Shown here one piece after another: positions 61,243-64,000 of a stretch of DNA of 64,000 nt (positions within the stretch are counted from its first letter, which is position 1; each line of letters opens with the position of its first letter). The stretch comes from an uncultured bacterium (GTDB taxonomy: Bacteria > Chloroflexota > UBA5177 > JANWHV01). Location of the stretch: contig CAWHAE010000010.1 of assembly GCA_963827235.1 (NCBI GenBank), positions 768,001 through 832,000 on the forward strand, in the 5' to 3' direction. The position numbers and the translations under genes were made by a program. The notes under the pieces were generated by a model. It searched no databases and was not told the origin of the DNA. It saw only the letters and a program-made list of their open reading frames with translations.

Positions 61243-63021
61243 TCAGAAGCCGGCGACCGCGGCGGGCGAGTGCCCCTCGAATGCGAGCTGAAGCCTGAGC
61301 AGGAACACACTGCCCTGCGGCCCGCTCTGCTCGAGATCCAGCTCACCGTCCATGGCGTTTGCCAAGCGCCTACTCACGTAGAGGCCGAGTCCGACAGGCC
61401 GCGCATCGCCACGCGCGCGGATGCCGCGGATGCGGCCGAACTGCGTGAACAGCCGAGACCTGCCTTCGGCGGGAATGCCTGGCCCACGATCCGTGACGCG
61501 GACCACGAGCTGGCCCTCTTCGACACGCCACGACACGGCGACGGGCGAGCCCTCAGGCGAATACTTCACAGCGTTTTCGAGCAGGTTCGTGATGATCTGG
61601 AGCACGCCATCGACGTCGCCAACCGCCAGCAGCCCGTCCGCACCGTCAATGGTCACCTCTTGACCGGAGTACGCCACCGCCAGATCCGCTGTCACTTGAC
61701 GGACGAGCCTGCCCACGTCGACTATCTCTCGCCGCGGCGCCGAAAGGCCGACGTCGAGCTTGGTGAGCGGCAAGAGGTCCTGGATCAAGCGCTGCTGCCG
61801 GCGAGCGGCTTCGACGATCCTGGTCAGATACTCGAGGCGGGTACCGGCGGTGATCTGGCTCTCGCCGGATCTCAGCAGCTCGGCGAACCCCAGGATCGTG
61901 TTGATCGGACTGCGCATCTCGTGGCTGACCGTCGCCACCATCTCGGTGCGCAGAGCGGCCGCCGCTTCAGCCTGCCGCAGCCGCTCGTGGTCGATCGACC
62001 GGTCGCCCTGGGCAGTTCCATCGCGGTCGCTCGCCGGCTCAGGCTGGGCCGCCGGCCTGGCCAGCGCCACCACGCCACAGACCTCCCCGTTTCCATCGCG
62101 GACCGGCGCCAGAGTCAACCAGGCGGGCACCTGCCGGCCAGACTTGTGCAGCAGCTCCAGCGCGTACCCGTCCACCGACTCCCCGGATTGAAGCCACTCG
62201 AGCAGCTTCCGCGGCTCCAAACGCCCATCCGGCTGCAGGAGCACGTCGGCGGTCAGGCCTGATGCCTCGGCAGGCGAATAGCCCAATAGCTGCTCGGCTC
62301 CCGCGTTCCAGCCTGATATCGCACCGTCGGGAGTCACCTGCAGGACAGCGTCGCTGGAGGACTCGACCAGCGCCCTGAACTTCAGCCCGGCACTCTCGGC
62401 GTTGAGGCGAGTGATAGCCGTACTGAGCAGCGACGACATGGCAGAGAGCAGCAGCGTGGCCTCTGGGGGAGGAACCTCGTGCGCCGCCCATCCGACCATC
62501 AGAACGCCGTGCCGCTCTCCGTGGGGCGGGATCGCAATGCTCATCGAGCCGGTAGTACTGTCCGGGAACTCGTCCTGCGCCACCTCAAAGCGTTGCTCGA
62601 CGCTGAGATCCGGCACGACGACGGCTGAGCCGGCAGACAGTGTGTAGGCGGACTGGGATCTCGCGCCGTCGACCGCGAGTCGCAGCGTGCACGGCGCATC
62701 TCCAAAGCCGAACGACGCGCGGCGAACGAGCTCCGTTCGCTCCGCTTGCAGCGAGAGAATCGAGCACGAATCGGCGTCCAGCGACAGCACGATGTCCGTG
62801 ACTGCTTGGTCAAACACGGGCTGAAGATACGGTGCTTCGACCGCTTTCTGGAGAAGGCGGTCGAGCACTTTGTGGAAACGTGCCATGCCGAGCCAGGGGC
62901 GGTCTCCAAATTCGCGCACGGGCGCGCCGGAACCGTCATGGGCAGCGGCGTCGGCCGACCAGGGACCGTTCGTGGGGTGCAGCGAGCCCTCAGGGGAAGG
63001 CGGCAGTGGGTACGTCGACAT
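61243..63021 (-). CDS. GAF-PAS sensor histidine kinase
   Basis: GAF region, PAS (WNAGAEQLLGYS), H-box VSHEMRSP, N-box NLLENAVKYS, DRGPGI and GLGL. Confidence 0.9.
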   Translation of the reverse strand: MSTYPLPPSPEGSLHPTNGPWSADAAAHDGSGAPVREFGDRPWLGMARFHKVLDRLLQKAVEAPYLQPVFDQAVTDIVLSLDADSCSILSLQAERTELVRRASFGFGDAPCTLRLAVDGARSQSAYTLSAGSAVVVPDLSVEQRFEVAQDEFPDSTTGSMSIAIPPHGERHGVLMVGWAAHEVPPPEATLLLSAMSSLLSTAITRLNAESAGLKFRALVESSSDAVLQVTPDGAISGWNAGAEQLLGYSPAEASGLTADVLLQPDGRLEPRKLLEWLQSGESVDGYALELLHKSGRQVPAWLTLAPVRDGNGEVCGVVALARPAAQPEPASDRDGTAQGDRSIDHERLRQAEAAAALRTEMVATVSHEMRSPINTILGFAELLRSGESQITAGTRLEYLTRIVEAARRQQRLIQDLLPLTKLDVGLSAPRREIVDVGRLVRQVTADLAVAYSGQEVTIDGADGLLAVGDVDGVLQIITNLLENAVKYSPEGSPVAVSWRVEEGQLVVRVTDRGPGIPAEGRSRLFTQFGRIRGIRARGDARPVGLGLYVSRRLANAMDGELDLEQSGPQGSVFLLRLQLAFEGHSPAAVAGF

Positions 63022-63339
63022 TCCGCTTACCGGTTGGTCGGGTAGAATGCCTGGGTCACATCGCCATAGAGGAGCGAAGACCCGGGCTGATGTTCAACTG
63101 ATCCAGCGGCTCGCAGGTCGACCAACGTTCAGTCCAGATCCGTCATTCTTGCTCGCGCCAATGCAGCCAAGCCCTCGACAAACCCCGGTTGGCTCCCGTG
63201 CGCCGCAAACAGGACAATTGTATCATGCAAGAAATCGTGCAGCAACCAGCCAAAAGAGGCCATTTCAATGCCACAGATCGTGGTTCGCACCCGGCCGGCC
63301 GCGATATACTTGCCCTGAGTGTAAAGGATGTGGCTGGGC

Positions 63340-63945
63340 ATGTATCACGAGCTTGGGCGGCAGTCTCGCCGCGTATACGAAAGCCTGCGATCGTCAATAA
63401 TGAGGAAAGAATATGCACCCGGCTGGAAACTGCCCGGCTACACGACACTGGCCGTTCAATTCGGCGTCTCGCCGGTCACAGTACGCCAGGCGCTTGCCAT
63501 ACTCAGCGAGGAGGGGCTGGTTGACCGGCAGCAGGGCCGCGGGACATTCGTACGCGGTGCCAGGGCTTCACCAACCGTACTGATCGCGGACGATGACCCC
63601 GACATGCGGGCCCTGCTTCGCGCCTATGCCGGTCACGCCGGCCACCCCGTCGTCGAGGCCGCTGAACCGGGCGCGGCGCTGTTGATTCTGGAATCCGGGT
63701 CGCCGATCGCTCTCGTCCTGAGCGACGTCCGGATGCCGGAGACGGCGGACGGGATCGAGTTCATTCGCACGGTTCGCCACCGCTGGCCGGAGATTCCACT
63801 CGCTGCCATCACCGGCTTCCCCGACGACCTTGCCCCGCTGCACGGCACGCCCGAGTGCCCGATACTGATCCTGGCGAAGCCCGTCTGGGAGCAACAGGTG
63901 CTCGACGTCTTTCGCTGGGTGCTGGGCGGAGCGACCGCTCCGTAA
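63340..63945 (+). CDS. GntR-type wHTH fused to a C-terminal receiver domain
   Basis: YAPGWKLPG...FGVSPVTVRQAL...QGRGTFV followed by LIADDD, LSDVRMP, AITG and LAKP. Confidence 0.85.
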   Translation: MYHELGRQSRRVYESLRSSIMRKEYAPGWKLPGYTTLAVQFGVSPVTVRQALAILSEEGLVDRQQGRGTFVRGARASPTVLIADDDPDMRALLRAYAGHAGHPVVEAAEPGAALLILESGSPIALVLSDVRMPETADGIEFIRTVRHRWPEIPLAAITGFPDDLAPLHGTPECPILILAKPVWEQQVLDVFRWVLGGATAP

Positions 63946-64000
63946 TCCAGCTAGTGCCGTCCCGGCTGCGCTGCCAAGTTGACAACACCTCGATAGCTGC

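Noticed and set aside
1-64000. tRNA, rRNA, CRISPR, IS, prophage or known defence systems
   Set aside because: No T-arm/cloverleaf, rRNA signature, repeat-spacer array, transposase, integrase or recognisable defence gene was found.

Overview
A high-GC bacterial chromosomal segment. Gene families and leader motifs suggest Chloroflexota, which is inferred only. From left to right it holds: (1) a partial glycoside-hydrolase-like gene, DinB, TPR and triple zinc-ribbon genes; (2) an arabinan/arabinose locus with araB-araD-polyol dehydrogenase divergent from LacI-ABC transporter-GH51-GH43-second LacI, and no araA in the window; (3) a PrsW-like protein lacking several catalytic residues, a zinc-ribbon membrane protein, an MDR dehydrogenase, glk, pckA, hflX and trxA; (4) an RNase D-like exonuclease fused to HEAT repeats, a candidate ~70-nt small RNA, and a probably leaderless XRE regulator with a small partner ORF; (5) two long ADP-ribosylglycohydrolase paralogues flanking a LacI and a sugar ABC transporter, controlled by mirror-image promoters with an identical 27-bp operator; (6) a DeoR-controlled ABC/Gfo/amidohydrolase/Ldh_2 catabolic locus; (7) a Pil-Chp-like chemosensory operon without CheR/CheB, with a divergent MCP and a degenerate MCP-like soluble protein; (8) a GAF-PAS kinase divergent from a GntR-REC fusion. 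All three sugar-binding-protein genes are bracketed by an upstream orphan Shine-Dalgarno motif and a downstream long hairpin. Frameshifts in GH51, the MCP and CheA look like long-read indel errors. No rRNA, tRNA, CRISPR array, transposase or integrase was seen. All calls come from motif recognition by eye, with no database searches.
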